The notes beneath the pieces are model-generated. The model was not told the DNA's origin. It made no database searches and saw nothing but the letters and a program-made list of their open reading frames with translations. Shown piece by piece: positions 39,612 through 49,195 of a stretch of DNA of 64,000 bases. Source of the DNA: Candidatus Pacearchaeota archaeon (lineage in GTDB: Archaea; Nanobdellota; Nanobdellia; Pacearchaeales; GW2011-AR1); the NCBI GenBank assembly GCA_019659125.1, contig JAIFVX010000002.1, forward strand, positions 94,694-158,693. The letters are read 5' to 3'. Numbering within the stretch: the stretch's first letter is position 1; each line of letters opens with the position of its first letter. The position numbers and the translations under genes were made by a program.

Positions 39612-40964
39612 ATGGGAAAATACGACTTGATTGTTGTCGGGGGTGGTACTGCTGGTTTGAGGACTTCGCTTTATGCTGCAGGTCACGGACACAGCACTGC
39701 ATTGATAGATCCTGGAATTCTAGGAGGGACATGCCTCAACACAGGATGCATTCCCACCAAAAGCATGCTTCATGCATCTCATCTTTTTCACTCCATCCAG
39801 AATGCAAAGATGTTCGGTATTGATGCAAGCGCAAAGATCAATTTCAAGGCACTTATGAAACGCGTACATGACATTGTACAAGATGGACAGGACCATATTG
39901 AGACCAGCATTCACAATAAGAATTTAACCTTGATCAAAGGCAAGGCAACATTCATCTCAAAAGATTCTGTGCAGGTGAATGGACAGACACTCTCAGCAGA
40001 TAAGTTCATCATATGCACTGGAGCAAAGGCACGGGTCGCTCCTGTGAAGGGCTTGGAAAATGTAAAATATATGGTGAGTGATGATGTTCTTGATTTGCAA
40101 TCGCTGCCGAAGTCTATTGCAATCATTGGGGGTGGATATATTGCAGTTGAGTTTGCGACGTTTTTCAGCGAACTAGGAACTAAAGTATACATCCTTGAAC
40201 GGAATCCCCAGATTTTGAAGGATTTAGATGATGACATCATTCAACTTCTCAGTGAGCACTATGTTGAACAAGGCATCTCCCTACTTACACCAAGCGATAT
40301 TGTTGAAGTAGGACAGGAAGGAGATATGAAAAAAATAACATACACTATGGGAAACAAGACACAAACCGTGAAGGTAGAACAGCTGCTCATCGCTACGGGA
40401 AGGGCTCCGAATACATTCAATCTTGGTCTTGATAAAGCTGGTGTTAAAGTAGGAGAGAAAGGTAATATCGAAGTTGAAGATAATTTGCAAACAACGAACA
40501 AGAATATCTATGCCATCGGTGATGTCACGGGAAGGGCTCCCTTTGCTCACGCGGCAAAACGGGAATCTCATATTGCATTAGTCAATGCATTGGAAGGAAA
40601 AAAGGAAACTATGAACTTTGGCCTTGTGCCCTGGGCAATCTTTTCAGAACCAACTATCGGAGGCGTTGGGTTGAGTGAGAAACAAGCTAAAGAAAGAAAA
40701 GTAAATTATGGTACGCTCAAGGCAAACTTCTCAAGAGCGGGAAGGGCAACGGTCATTGGAAACACTCTAGGATTTGCAAAAGTACTCTATGATAAGAAAA
40801 ACAGGAAAATTATCGGAAGCACTCTTATAGGGCCAAGGGCCGATGAATTGATCCATGAATTTGTTGCGCTCATCAATGCAGAAGCAAAGATTGACATCCT
40901 TAACGACATCATTCACATCCATCCCACTTTATCAGAAGTGTTTGAAGCTCTCAAGGAAGCCTAA
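39612..40964 (+). CDS. lpdA: Dihydrolipoamide dehydrogenase-like flavoprotein disulfide reductase (probable PDH E3)
   Basis: GGGTAG, GGTCLNTGCIPTK, GGGYIAVE, IYAIGD, HIHPTLSE. Start moved to ATG 39612. Confidence 0.85.
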   Translation: MGKYDLIVVGGGTAGLRTSLYAAGHGHSTALIDPGILGGTCLNTGCIPTKSMLHASHLFHSIQNAKMFGIDASAKINFKALMKRVHDIVQDGQDHIETSIHNKNLTLIKGKATFISKDSVQVNGQTLSADKFIICTGAKARVAPVKGLENVKYMVSDDVLDLQSLPKSIAIIGGGYIAVEFATFFSELGTKVYILERNPQILKDLDDDIIQLLSEHYVEQGISLLTPSDIVEVGQEGDMKKITYTMGNKTQTVKVEQLLIATGRAPNTFNLGLDKAGVKVGEKGNIEVEDNLQTTNKNIYAIGDVTGRAPFAHAAKRESHIALVNALEGKKETMNFGLVPWAIFSEPTIGGVGLSEKQAKERKVNYGTLKANFSRAGRATVIGNTLGFAKVLYDKKNRKIIGSTLIGPRADELIHEFVALINAEAKIDILNDIIHIHPTLSEVFEALKEA

Positions 40965-42073
40965 AGTTTTACCCTTTTCATCTCTTCTAAGGAAGGAATG
41001 ATCTTCTTTGCGGTCGGGTTCTTTACAGCAGAGGAAATCTTCAATGCAGCATTGTAAAATAACTCTTCATCAAGGTTCTTTATCTTCTCTGCAAGTATCT
41101 TTTTCATAAGGAAAGGGAAGACAAGAACATTATTGACAGGATTATCGAAATCACTTCTTCCTGTTGCAGCTATTACAGCTCCAGCAGCCCTTGCATCATC
41201 AGGAAGTATCTCAGGGTCTGGATTTGAGAGGGCAAAGACAATTGGCTTCTTATCCATTGATTCAATCATTTTTTTGCTGACGAGATTTTTTTCACTTGAA
41301 ACTCCAATGAAGACCTCTGCATTTCTTAGTGCATTTGAAAGATCTCCTCTTATTCTTTTCTGATTGGTAAGAGCTGCAATCTTTTCCTTATAATGATTTA
41401 AATGTGGCCTTCCTTCATAGATAATGCCCTTGCTGTCAGTCACTATAATATGTTTGGCTCCCGCATAACGAAGTAGGTTTGTTATTCCATATCCTGCTGT
41501 TCCTGCACCAGCAATCACAATACTTACTTTCTCTATTCTCTTTCTCACGACTTTCAGAGCATTGAGGAGTGCGGCAAGAGCTGCGATGGCAGTTCCCTGC
41601 TGATCGTCATGAAATACTGGGATTTCCAGTCCTTTCAATCGCTCAAGAATTTCTAGACACTTCGGGGATTCTATATCCTCAAGGTTGATTGCACCAAATG
41701 TAGGAGCGATATTCTTTATGAATGAAATAATTTCTTCTTTATCCTGTGTCTTGATGCAGAGAGGGATTGCGTTCACGTTACCATAGGCCTTGAACAACAT
41801 TGCTTTCCCTTCCATGACGGGAAGTGCTGCCTCAGGACCTTTATTACCGAGACCAAGAATCCTTGAACCATCACACACAATCGCAATAGTGTTTCCTTTT
41901 CCCGTATATTCATATACAGTATCTTTGTTTTTGGCAATTTCCTGCACAATATGAGCAACACCCGGAGTATAGAGGAGTTTTAAGTTGGAATGATTTACAG
42001 GAATCTTTGGATTAACTTCTATCTTACCTTGCAGTCTCTTATGCAACTTTTTTGATTCATCCTCAATAGTCAT
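40961..42073 (-). CDS. NAD(P)-dependent malic enzyme (short prokaryotic type)
   Basis: YTPGVA, ILGLGN, PVMEGKA.LFK, INLEDI..P.C, FHDDQQGTA, FALSNPDPEI, ATGRSD. Confidence 0.92.
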   Translation of the reverse strand: MTIEDESKKLHKRLQGKIEVNPKIPVNHSNLKLLYTPGVAHIVQEIAKNKDTVYEYTGKGNTIAIVCDGSRILGLGNKGPEAALPVMEGKAMLFKAYGNVNAIPLCIKTQDKEEIISFIKNIAPTFGAINLEDIESPKCLEILERLKGLEIPVFHDDQQGTAIAALAALLNALKVVRKRIEKVSIVIAGAGTAGYGITNLLRYAGAKHIIVTDSKGIIYEGRPHLNHYKEKIAALTNQKRIRGDLSNALRNAEVFIGVSSEKNLVSKKMIESMDKKPIVFALSNPDPEILPDDARAAGAVIAATGRSDFDNPVNNVLVFPFLMKKILAEKIKNLDEELFYNAALKISSAVKNPTAKKIIPSLEEMKRVKL

Positions 42074-43437
42074 TTTAACGCCTTGTTCAGCGTCTCTTCA
42101 TCCATGAGATGCTGCTCTAAAATAATTTCTCGAATAGTTTTTCCTTTCATGTATGCCTGTTGGACAACACTTGAGGCCTTCTGATAACCAATGTGAGGAG
42201 TTAGCGCAGTCACTAGGAGGGGATTTTTTTCCACGTAATCCTTAATCTTTCCCTTATGTGCTTTCATTCCATTGATACAATGAAGGGAGAAAATATCAAG
42301 TGCTTTTGTCAAGACTTCTATAGAATGAATGAGAGCATGGGCAGCAAGAGGCATCATGACATTCAACTCGAGCTGTCCGGCTTGTGAACACAAAGTGATA
42401 GCTGTGTCGTTGCTTATTACATAGAATCCAACCATATCTACCATTTCGGCAATGGATGGATTCACTTTTCCAGGCATGATTGAAGAGCCAGGCTGCACTG
42501 CAGGCAATTCAACTTCATCAATTCCTGAAGTGGGACCTGAACTAAGCAGACGTAGATCATTGGCGATCTTTATTAGATCTTCCGCAAGAACTTTCAGGGA
42601 TGAACTGATCGAAGAAATGGTAGAAAGACTTTGCGTTTCTCCAAACAAATTTCCAGGATGAAATTTTGCTCTCGTCATCGCATACAATTCCTTGTACATT
42701 GACTTTCTAAATCGTTCAGGAGCATTCACTGAGGTCCCGACAGCGGTTCCTCCCAAGTTTATCTTCAACAAGTCAGAGTATATTTTTCCTAGTGATTTTC
42801 TATCATTGGCTATTGTGGCTGCATATCCTCCAAACTCCTGACCAAGAGTAAGGGGAACCGCATCACGTAGGTGAGTTCTCCCTGTTTTCTTTATTGATTT
42901 CCATTCTCGCGATTTTTTCTGAAGCGCTTCTTCAACATGGTGTAATGCAGGAAACAATTGCTTAGATATGGCTTGATAGGCTGCGACATGGATTGCAGAG
43001 TGAAAGACATCGTTTGTTGACTGGCCAAGATTGACATGGTCATGAGGATCGATGATTCCGTAAGAACCTCTTGTCTTATGAAGTATTTCCAAAGCTCGAT
43101 TAGCGATCACCTCATTGATGTTCATATGTTCTGAGGTGCCAGCACCTGCCTGGAACACATCCAGGGGAAATTGATCGTTCAGCTTCCCATAAATCACATC
43201 CTCGCATGCACGTACAATTGCGTTCGCTTTGTTCTCGTCAAGCCTCTTTATTCTTTTGTTTGCAATAGCAGCTGCTTTTTTTATCATCGCCAAGGCTTGG
43301 ACAAGCTTCATGGAAAAATGAAGTCCGCTAATAGGGAAATTTTCTAACGCTCTTTGAGTGGCAATACCATAATACACCTGAGAAGGAATCTTCTTTGATC
43401 CCAGATAGTCCTTTTCTACTCTATATCCTCTTTTCAT
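42070..43437 (-). CDS. Class II fumarate hydratase / aspartate ammonia-lyase
   Basis: GSSIMPGKVNP, GRTHLRDAVP, QSTND, GQLELNV. Some motifs look AspA-like (QAGAGTS), but coupling to the malic enzyme favours fumarase. Confidence 0.85.
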   Translation of the reverse strand: MKRGYRVEKDYLGSKKIPSQVYYGIATQRALENFPISGLHFSMKLVQALAMIKKAAAIANKRIKRLDENKANAIVRACEDVIYGKLNDQFPLDVFQAGAGTSEHMNINEVIANRALEILHKTRGSYGIIDPHDHVNLGQSTNDVFHSAIHVAAYQAISKQLFPALHHVEEALQKKSREWKSIKKTGRTHLRDAVPLTLGQEFGGYAATIANDRKSLGKIYSDLLKINLGGTAVGTSVNAPERFRKSMYKELYAMTRAKFHPGNLFGETQSLSTISSISSSLKVLAEDLIKIANDLRLLSSGPTSGIDEVELPAVQPGSSIMPGKVNPSIAEMVDMVGFYVISNDTAITLCSQAGQLELNVMMPLAAHALIHSIEVLTKALDIFSLHCINGMKAHKGKIKDYVEKNPLLVTALTPHIGYQKASSVVQQAYMKGKTIREIILEQHLMDEETLNKALK

Positions 43438-43511
43438 TTTCTAATAAGCCTTAGGGCATATAAATGTCTTTTCCTCATAAGATTTATAACAGATTTGTTC
43501 TTATTGGAGTA

Positions 43512-45230
43512 ATGAAAAAAGAGGAGAGTGATGTTCTCGTCATAGGTTCTGGGGGAGCGGGATTGAGGGCTGCCATTGCATTGCATGATCAAAGAATTCC
43601 TGTCCTTGTCGTAGGGAAGTGCGCAAAACGAGACGCTCATACCATTCTTGCTACAGGAGGCATTAATGCAGCGCTCGGAAACATGGATCCAAAAGATTCA
43701 TGGCAGCTCCATGCTTCAGATACTATTCGAGACGGCGGATACATCAATGATACGAATGCTGTCCTTACTTTGTGTAAGAATGCTCCAGCAGCTGTTCTTG
43801 AGCTTGAGAAATGGGGTGCTCAGTTCCATAAGGAAAAGAATGGACGGATAAGCCAGAGATTCTTTGGAGCTGCCACCTATAGGCGTGCATGTTTTGTTGG
43901 AGATGTTACGGGAAAGTCAATCTTGAATACATTAGTTGATCAGGCAGAAAAAAGAAAGATTCCTTTCAGAAGTGAAGTGTATATTGTTTCTCTTTTAGAG
44001 AAGAATGGAAAAGTTAATGGTGCTGTTGGGCTTGACATGCAAAGGGGGGAATTTGTTGTATTTCATGCAAAGAAAGTTATTCTTGCGACGGGAGGTCACT
44101 CTCGGATGTTTGCTCGATCGTCTTCCCGATTTTGGGAGAACAATGGGGATGGAATCTCACTCGCATACCGTTTGGGAGCTAAATTTATGGATATGGAGAT
44201 GTTTCAGTTCCATCCTACGGGAATGGTCTTTCCTTCTGAAGCAGAAGGAGTACTTGTAACCGAAGCGGTGAGAGGCGAGGGGGGAGTTTTGACTAACACT
44301 AGAGGAGAGCGATTCATGGAACGCTACGATAAGGAAAGAATGGAGTTATCTGCCCGAGATATTGTAGCACGGGCAATCTATAATGAGGTGCAAGAAGGAA
44401 GAGGGACAAACCACGGAGGAGTCTGGCTTGACATCTCTCACAAGCCCAAGTCATATATCTTAAAGAGACTTCCTAAAATGTATAAGCAATTCAAAGAGTA
44501 TGTGGGAATAGACATCTCAAAGGAAAAGATGGAAGTTGCTCCTACTGCCCACTATTCTATGGGTGGCATCTATAGTGATCAGAGAACCGGAAAAACTTCC
44601 ATTCCAAATTTATTTGCGATTGGGGAAGTAACTTCGGGAGTACATGGAGCCAACAGGCTTGGAGGAAACAGTCTTGCTGAGATTGTTGTGTTTGGAAAGA
44701 TTATAGGGGAGTATGTTGCACAGGAAGCAAAAAAAGACTATCTCCTTCCTCTTGATGAGAAAATGATCGCTAGCACAATAGAAGAAGTAGTGTCCATTAC
44801 TCATCAAAAAGGTGATGATCCTATTGCCTTGAAAAAAAACATCCAGAAAATCATGTGGAAGGATTGCGGAGTTGTCAGAGAAGGAAAGAAGATGAAGCAA
44901 GCATTGCGTGAGATATCTTCATTAAAAGATTCTACATTTTCCACAGGAAGGAATTTAAAGATGAATGAGAAACTGATTGCAGCACTTGATGTACGGAACA
45001 TGTTCCCAACATGTGACATGATCTTGCGCAGCGCATTATTCAGAGAAGAAAGTAGGGGCGCACATTACCGTTCGGATTTTCCTGAGACAAAAAAATCGTG
45101 GAAAAAGAATATTATATGTTTTCCTAAGCAGAATAGTATTAAGGTTACATCGCGAGCGATCGTACCTGTTCCGCGAGAGATTTCAAAACATTTTGGAGAC
45201 ACGAATCCATCCCACAAGCTCCTTGAATAG
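43512..45230 (+). CDS. Succinate dehydrogenase/fumarate reductase flavoprotein subunit (no Fe-S or anchor genes nearby)
   Basis: GSGGAG, AHTILATGG, QFHPT, TEAVRGEGG, RDIVAR, HYSMGG, HGANRLGGNSL, ESRGAHYR. TATA spacing supports ATG 43512. Confidence 0.88.
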   Translation: MKKEESDVLVIGSGGAGLRAAIALHDQRIPVLVVGKCAKRDAHTILATGGINAALGNMDPKDSWQLHASDTIRDGGYINDTNAVLTLCKNAPAAVLELEKWGAQFHKEKNGRISQRFFGAATYRRACFVGDVTGKSILNTLVDQAEKRKIPFRSEVYIVSLLEKNGKVNGAVGLDMQRGEFVVFHAKKVILATGGHSRMFARSSSRFWENNGDGISLAYRLGAKFMDMEMFQFHPTGMVFPSEAEGVLVTEAVRGEGGVLTNTRGERFMERYDKERMELSARDIVARAIYNEVQEGRGTNHGGVWLDISHKPKSYILKRLPKMYKQFKEYVGIDISKEKMEVAPTAHYSMGGIYSDQRTGKTSIPNLFAIGEVTSGVHGANRLGGNSLAEIVVFGKIIGEYVAQEAKKDYLLPLDEKMIASTIEEVVSITHQKGDDPIALKKNIQKIMWKDCGVVREGKKMKQALREISSLKDSTFSTGRNLKMNEKLIAALDVRNMFPTCDMILRSALFREESRGAHYRSDFPETKKSWKKNIICFPKQNSIKVTSRAIVPVPREISKHFGDTNPSHKLLE

Positions 45231-46592
45231 CTAGTTTATCACTATAGACTTGATATTAACAAATTCTTTGATGCCGTAATACGAAAGCTCACGACCGACT
45301 CCTGAGTTCTTTATGCCTCCAAAGGGAAGCCTTGGATCTGATTTTACCATGCCATTAATGAACACCATGCCTGCCTCTATCTTTTTTGCAAGCTCCTCGG
45401 CTTTTTTTAAATCTCCTGTCCAAAGACTTGCTCCAAGGCCAAACTGAGTTCTATTCGCCTCTTCGATTGCTTCTTTCTCATCTTTTACATAACTAATTAT
45501 AGCAACTGGGCCGAATGACTCCTCGTTCGCTATTTTCATAGATGGCTTTATGTTGGTAAGAGCTGTTGGCAGGTAATAGTATCCTCTTTCTTCTTTCCTT
45601 TTCCCTCCACAGAGGACCTTTGCCCCTTTTTTTACAGCATCTTTTACTTGCGCATCGAGAGATTCCAGAATGTCTTTTCGCGCGAGAGGCCCTACATCGG
45701 TTATCTGATAGAGAGGGTTTCCTACATTCAACGCCTGCATATGATGAACATAATTTGACTCAAAAGAATCTTTCTTTGACTTTACGACGATAAAGCGCTT
45801 TGCTGCAATACAGCTCTGACCTGCGTTTATCATTCGTGATTGCACGGCAGTCTTGCATGCAAGCACAAAATCAGCATCCTCCAGGATAATGAATGGATCG
45901 CTGCCTCCAAGCTCAAGGACAACTTTCTTTATGTGTTTACCAGCATTCGCTCCTATATTCCTTCCTGCTCCAACACTTCCTGTCAGAGAGACTCCTTGTA
46001 CCAAATTCTTTTCGATAAGATGGGCAGCTATATCGGATGACATCAGTGGAGCATTAAACAGATATTTAGGAAATGACTGCGCGAATAAACTCTCAAGAGC
46101 TTGAGCGCATCCAGGAACATTCGTTGAGTGCTTAAGGATACAGGCATTCCCTGCACACAGTGCTGGAATGGCGTAGCGAAAAACCTGCCAGAATGGGAAG
46201 TTCCATGGCATGATTCCCAAAATTATTCCTAACGGTTCGAATGCAACATAGCTTTTCTTGGCTTCTGTCTTGATTATTTCTGGTTGCAGGAATGCTGGAG
46301 CATTTTGCGCGAAATAATCGCAAAGCCAGGCGCATTTCTCAATCTCTGCTTGAGATTCCTTGATAGGCTTCCCCATTTCATTAGTCATGAGTGTTGCAAG
46401 TTCCGTACTCTTTCTTCTCAGCATGGATGCGAGGGATGCAACGCTGCGCGTTCGCTCCTGTACTGATTTATCTTTCCATGAAAGGAGTGCCTTTCTTGCT
46501 TTCTCCACGATTGCAATTATTTCTTTTTCTGGGGAAAGCGAATAACTCTTGAGTATTTCTTCGGTTGCAGGATTAATAGACGTTATTTTCAT
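45231..46592 (-). CDS. NAD(P)-dependent succinate-semialdehyde dehydrogenase (Sad/GabD1 type)
   Basis: IMPWNFPFWQVFR, LKH, LELGGSDP, NAGQSCIAAKR, EESFGP, SDPRLPFGGIK. Confidence 0.9.
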   Translation of the reverse strand: MKITSINPATEEILKSYSLSPEKEIIAIVEKARKALLSWKDKSVQERTRSVASLASMLRRKSTELATLMTNEMGKPIKESQAEIEKCAWLCDYFAQNAPAFLQPEIIKTEAKKSYVAFEPLGIILGIMPWNFPFWQVFRYAIPALCAGNACILKHSTNVPGCAQALESLFAQSFPKYLFNAPLMSSDIAAHLIEKNLVQGVSLTGSVGAGRNIGANAGKHIKKVVLELGGSDPFIILEDADFVLACKTAVQSRMINAGQSCIAAKRFIVVKSKKDSFESNYVHHMQALNVGNPLYQITDVGPLARKDILESLDAQVKDAVKKGAKVLCGGKRKEERGYYYLPTALTNIKPSMKIANEESFGPVAIISYVKDEKEAIEEANRTQFGLGASLWTGDLKKAEELAKKIEAGMVFINGMVKSDPRLPFGGIKNSGVGRELSYYGIKEFVNIKSIVIN

Positions 46593-47596
46593 TGGCTCAG
46601 TGCTGGAGCAACAGGAAGATTAAGCATACTTAACAAGCCTGGCTTTGCGTTAAGTACTACAGGAATAAGATTGACTGCATGACTTGTGGTAGTGATATTT
46701 CCCGGAGGGACATTGATAGTTTCCACCAATCTTGGGATTCCTTCAATAATAATTCGATTGTAATACTCTTCTTTTGGATCAACACGACCGAGCTCTTCAA
46801 GAGTAATTACTTTCTTCCCATTCTTCATCCCGAAACAGCGATGGTCAAAGCCTGCGACATTTCCCTTCTTGATCTTCATATAGCCTGGAACGGTGATTGG
46901 TTTCTTTGCAGCCACTGGATCTCGTGTTTCAATAATCTTATCTATATCCCAATGGAGGCCGTGTGCCAGCATTGATAATGACTCAGGAAGGCCTATATGT
47001 AATGGTAATTTGCCTTCCTTGACACCTTGTTTAAATTCAGAAACATCCATTCCAATGCCAATATTTTTCTGGATTGCAGGACCAAAAGGCGAGAAGTCAA
47101 TTACTCTTGTAACTTTTATCTCCTTCACATTCTGACAGATGCCTGTCAGGAAGAGAGGCATAAGATCCATAGCAAATCCTGGATTAATTCCAGAACCAAG
47201 GACTGAGACATCATATTTTTTCGCCGTTGCGTCGATTTCATTGCAAAGGGCTGGATATTTGGGGAATGGATAGCCCATCTCCTCAGCAATGGTGATAACG
47301 CTGATTCCTTGCTTTACGGCCCCTTGGATCTGCTCCCATACTTTAGGTACATAGGAAACTGCGGCGTGAAGCATGATATCTGCCTTGGAAGTCCTGAACA
47401 CTTCGTCAGCATTGTCAGAAACTTTGACTCCGACATTCCTTTTTAATCCAAGAACAACACCCAGGTCTTTTCCTTGGTTTTCAGGTTTTCTATCAATAGC
47501 TCCTACAATCTGGAGATCTTTCTTTTCAAGCATGATCTTAGCCATCATGCTGCCCATAGCCCCAAGGCCGAATTGTATAACTCGTATCTTTCCCAT
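46589..47596 (-). CDS. NAD(P)-dependent amine dehydrogenase, 2,4-diaminopentanoate dehydrogenase (Ord)-like
   Basis: QFGLGAMG, TIAEEMGYP, GSGINPGFAMD, SPFGP, HIGLPES. The stop overlaps the SSADH ATG. Confidence 0.8.
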   Translation of the reverse strand: MGKIRVIQFGLGAMGSMMAKIMLEKKDLQIVGAIDRKPENQGKDLGVVLGLKRNVGVKVSDNADEVFRTSKADIMLHAAVSYVPKVWEQIQGAVKQGISVITIAEEMGYPFPKYPALCNEIDATAKKYDVSVLGSGINPGFAMDLMPLFLTGICQNVKEIKVTRVIDFSPFGPAIQKNIGIGMDVSEFKQGVKEGKLPLHIGLPESLSMLAHGLHWDIDKIIETRDPVAAKKPITVPGYMKIKKGNVAGFDHRCFGMKNGKKVITLEELGRVDPKEEYYNRIIIEGIPRLVETINVPPGNITTTSHAVNLIPVVLNAKPGLLSMLNLPVAPALSQ

Positions 47597-47701
47597 CTTT
47601 TTATAGAGAACCATTCCTATGTATATAAAACATTCGTCTCGCAACTTATATAAATCCCTGTGTATTAATAGAGATACGATTCTCGTTGAAAGGGGGTTAT
47701 C

Positions 47702-47968
47702 ATGGCTAAACAAACAAATACCCGTACACGTACACGACCTCGGACTACTACCCGTAGCATGGCTATGTCAAAAGTTCGAGAGATGTCGCCACAGCTAGAG
47801 CAGAAGGCTCGGAAAGCGATGCATATGACTAAGAGAAAATTCCAGACGGCTGAAAAAAGGGTTGAAGGATATGTCAAACGTCACCCTGCCAAAGCCGCGC
47901 TTATTGCCGCCGCGATCGGAGCCGCAATCACTGCCGGAGCAGCTGGAGCATTGAAAAAGAAACGTTAA
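47702..47968 (+). CDS. Small basic tail-anchored protein, ElaB/YqjD (DUF883)-like
   Basis: EGYVKRHPAKAALIAAAIG C-terminal pattern; Arg/Thr-rich N-terminus; GGGGGT just upstream of the ATG. Confidence 0.62.
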   Translation: MAKQTNTRTRTRPRTTTRSMAMSKVREMSPQLEQKARKAMHMTKRKFQTAEKRVEGYVKRHPAKAALIAAAIGAAITAGAAGALKKKR

Positions 47969-49125
47969 TCTTTAAAAAACGCATCCAGGTCTGACTTTAT
48001 GCCTAACAGTTTGTAAGCGATGTGTTTCGCAACCATCGTGCAGACGACTTGCGAACTAGCCCCGCCAACACTAATTTTATTTTCTTTTTTCTCAATGACG
48101 GGAATATAATCTTCAGTAACTCCAAACGTACCAGACCACACATATTCTATTTCAATTGATAGTTGAGGGAACAATTTTTTAAGAAATTCCTTTATCTTTT
48201 CTACATGAGGGCGGTGTGGGTTAGTGTTCTTTTGCTCTTTTTGGACAATTCTATCCCCAAACCCTAGCAGAATCCTACTATCTTTCGTTAATTTAAGATA
48301 ATGGTATCTGATCTTCGTGTCCCAAACGAGTTTGTTTTCTACCATATTTATGGATTCTCGCTGGGCATGAGTGAGTGGTTTTGTGATAATAATTGTTGAT
48401 TTCCTATTCTTGACTTTTTTATTGCGGATATCGACGTCAATGGCGATAATTATTTTCTTGAATTTTATAGATCCATGAGGAGTTTCCGCACTATCTTTTT
48501 GCAATTTTATGAGCGGTGTATGCTCATAGACCGCGACACCTTTTTTCTCTATGACTTGTGAAAGCCCTTGAGTGTATTTTAAAGGATTTACAGACAGTCC
48601 ATGATCGAATGAAAGAATAGCATGCTTAAAGAGAGGGGTATTAATCTGCTTCTTTAACTCATCTCCTGAAAGCCAGCGTGTTGTTTTTTCTATTTTTTTC
48701 TCAATTTCATATTCCTTGAGAAGGAAACGATGAGATGGATAAGGAAGCATCCCATATACTGTATGCAAATTTTCGGCATCACAATCTATCTTCTCTTTTT
48801 TCGCAATATTTTTCATGAGATTAAGGCCTTCATGATTGCCTTTCCAAAAAATTATTCCTTTTTTCATGCCGTGCTTCTTGACTATAGAATCGAGGTCGAG
48901 CTCTCCTTTTAATGTCAAGAATCCTGCTGACTTTCCTGTTGCTCCCGATGCTATTGTGTTTTTCTCGATGAGAACTATGTTCTTAGCTTGATGGGTTGCA
49001 AGGAAATATGCCAAAGAAACACCGAGAACTCCACCTCCGACAATGAGATAGTCACATTCGATGTCTTTCTTCAAAGGAGCTCTGACCTTATAGCCTGGAT
49101 TCTTCCAGAACACCTCATATTTCAT
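47965..49125 (-). CDS. FAD-dependent amine oxidoreductase (DadA/PuuB-like)
   Basis: IVGGGVLG, IEK..IASGATGKSAG, VNPLKY, YEHTP, YVWSG. Confidence 0.78.
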   Translation of the reverse strand: MKYEVFWKNPGYKVRAPLKKDIECDYLIVGGGVLGVSLAYFLATHQAKNIVLIEKNTIASGATGKSAGFLTLKGELDLDSIVKKHGMKKGIIFWKGNHEGLNLMKNIAKKEKIDCDAENLHTVYGMLPYPSHRFLLKEYEIEKKIEKTTRWLSGDELKKQINTPLFKHAILSFDHGLSVNPLKYTQGLSQVIEKKGVAVYEHTPLIKLQKDSAETPHGSIKFKKIIIAIDVDIRNKKVKNRKSTIIITKPLTHAQRESINMVENKLVWDTKIRYHYLKLTKDSRILLGFGDRIVQKEQKNTNPHRPHVEKIKEFLKKLFPQLSIEIEYVWSGTFGVTEDYIPVIEKKENKISVGGASSQVVCTMVAKHIAYKLLGIKSDLDAFFKD

Positions 49126-49195
49126 GGCTTCTTAAGAAAACCTTAATATTTAAGGTTTAGGTAGATTTTTATAATAGTATTTCCTGGGAAGTAAA

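Noticed and set aside
39612-40964. Mercuric reductase MerA
   Set aside because: It lacks the C-terminal Cys-Cys pair, has the HPTLSE motif, and the PDH operon in this window lacks an E3.
43512-45230. L-aspartate oxidase NadB
   Set aside because: It keeps the His motif and length typical of SdhA, no nadA/nadC is nearby, and its neighbours are succinate/fumarate enzymes. Not fully excluded.
46589-47596. Dihydrodipicolinate reductase or a standard ornithine Stickland pathway
   Set aside because: It has Ord-type motifs rather than the DapB E.HH..K.DAPSGTA motif, and no aminomutase or thiolase genes are in the window.
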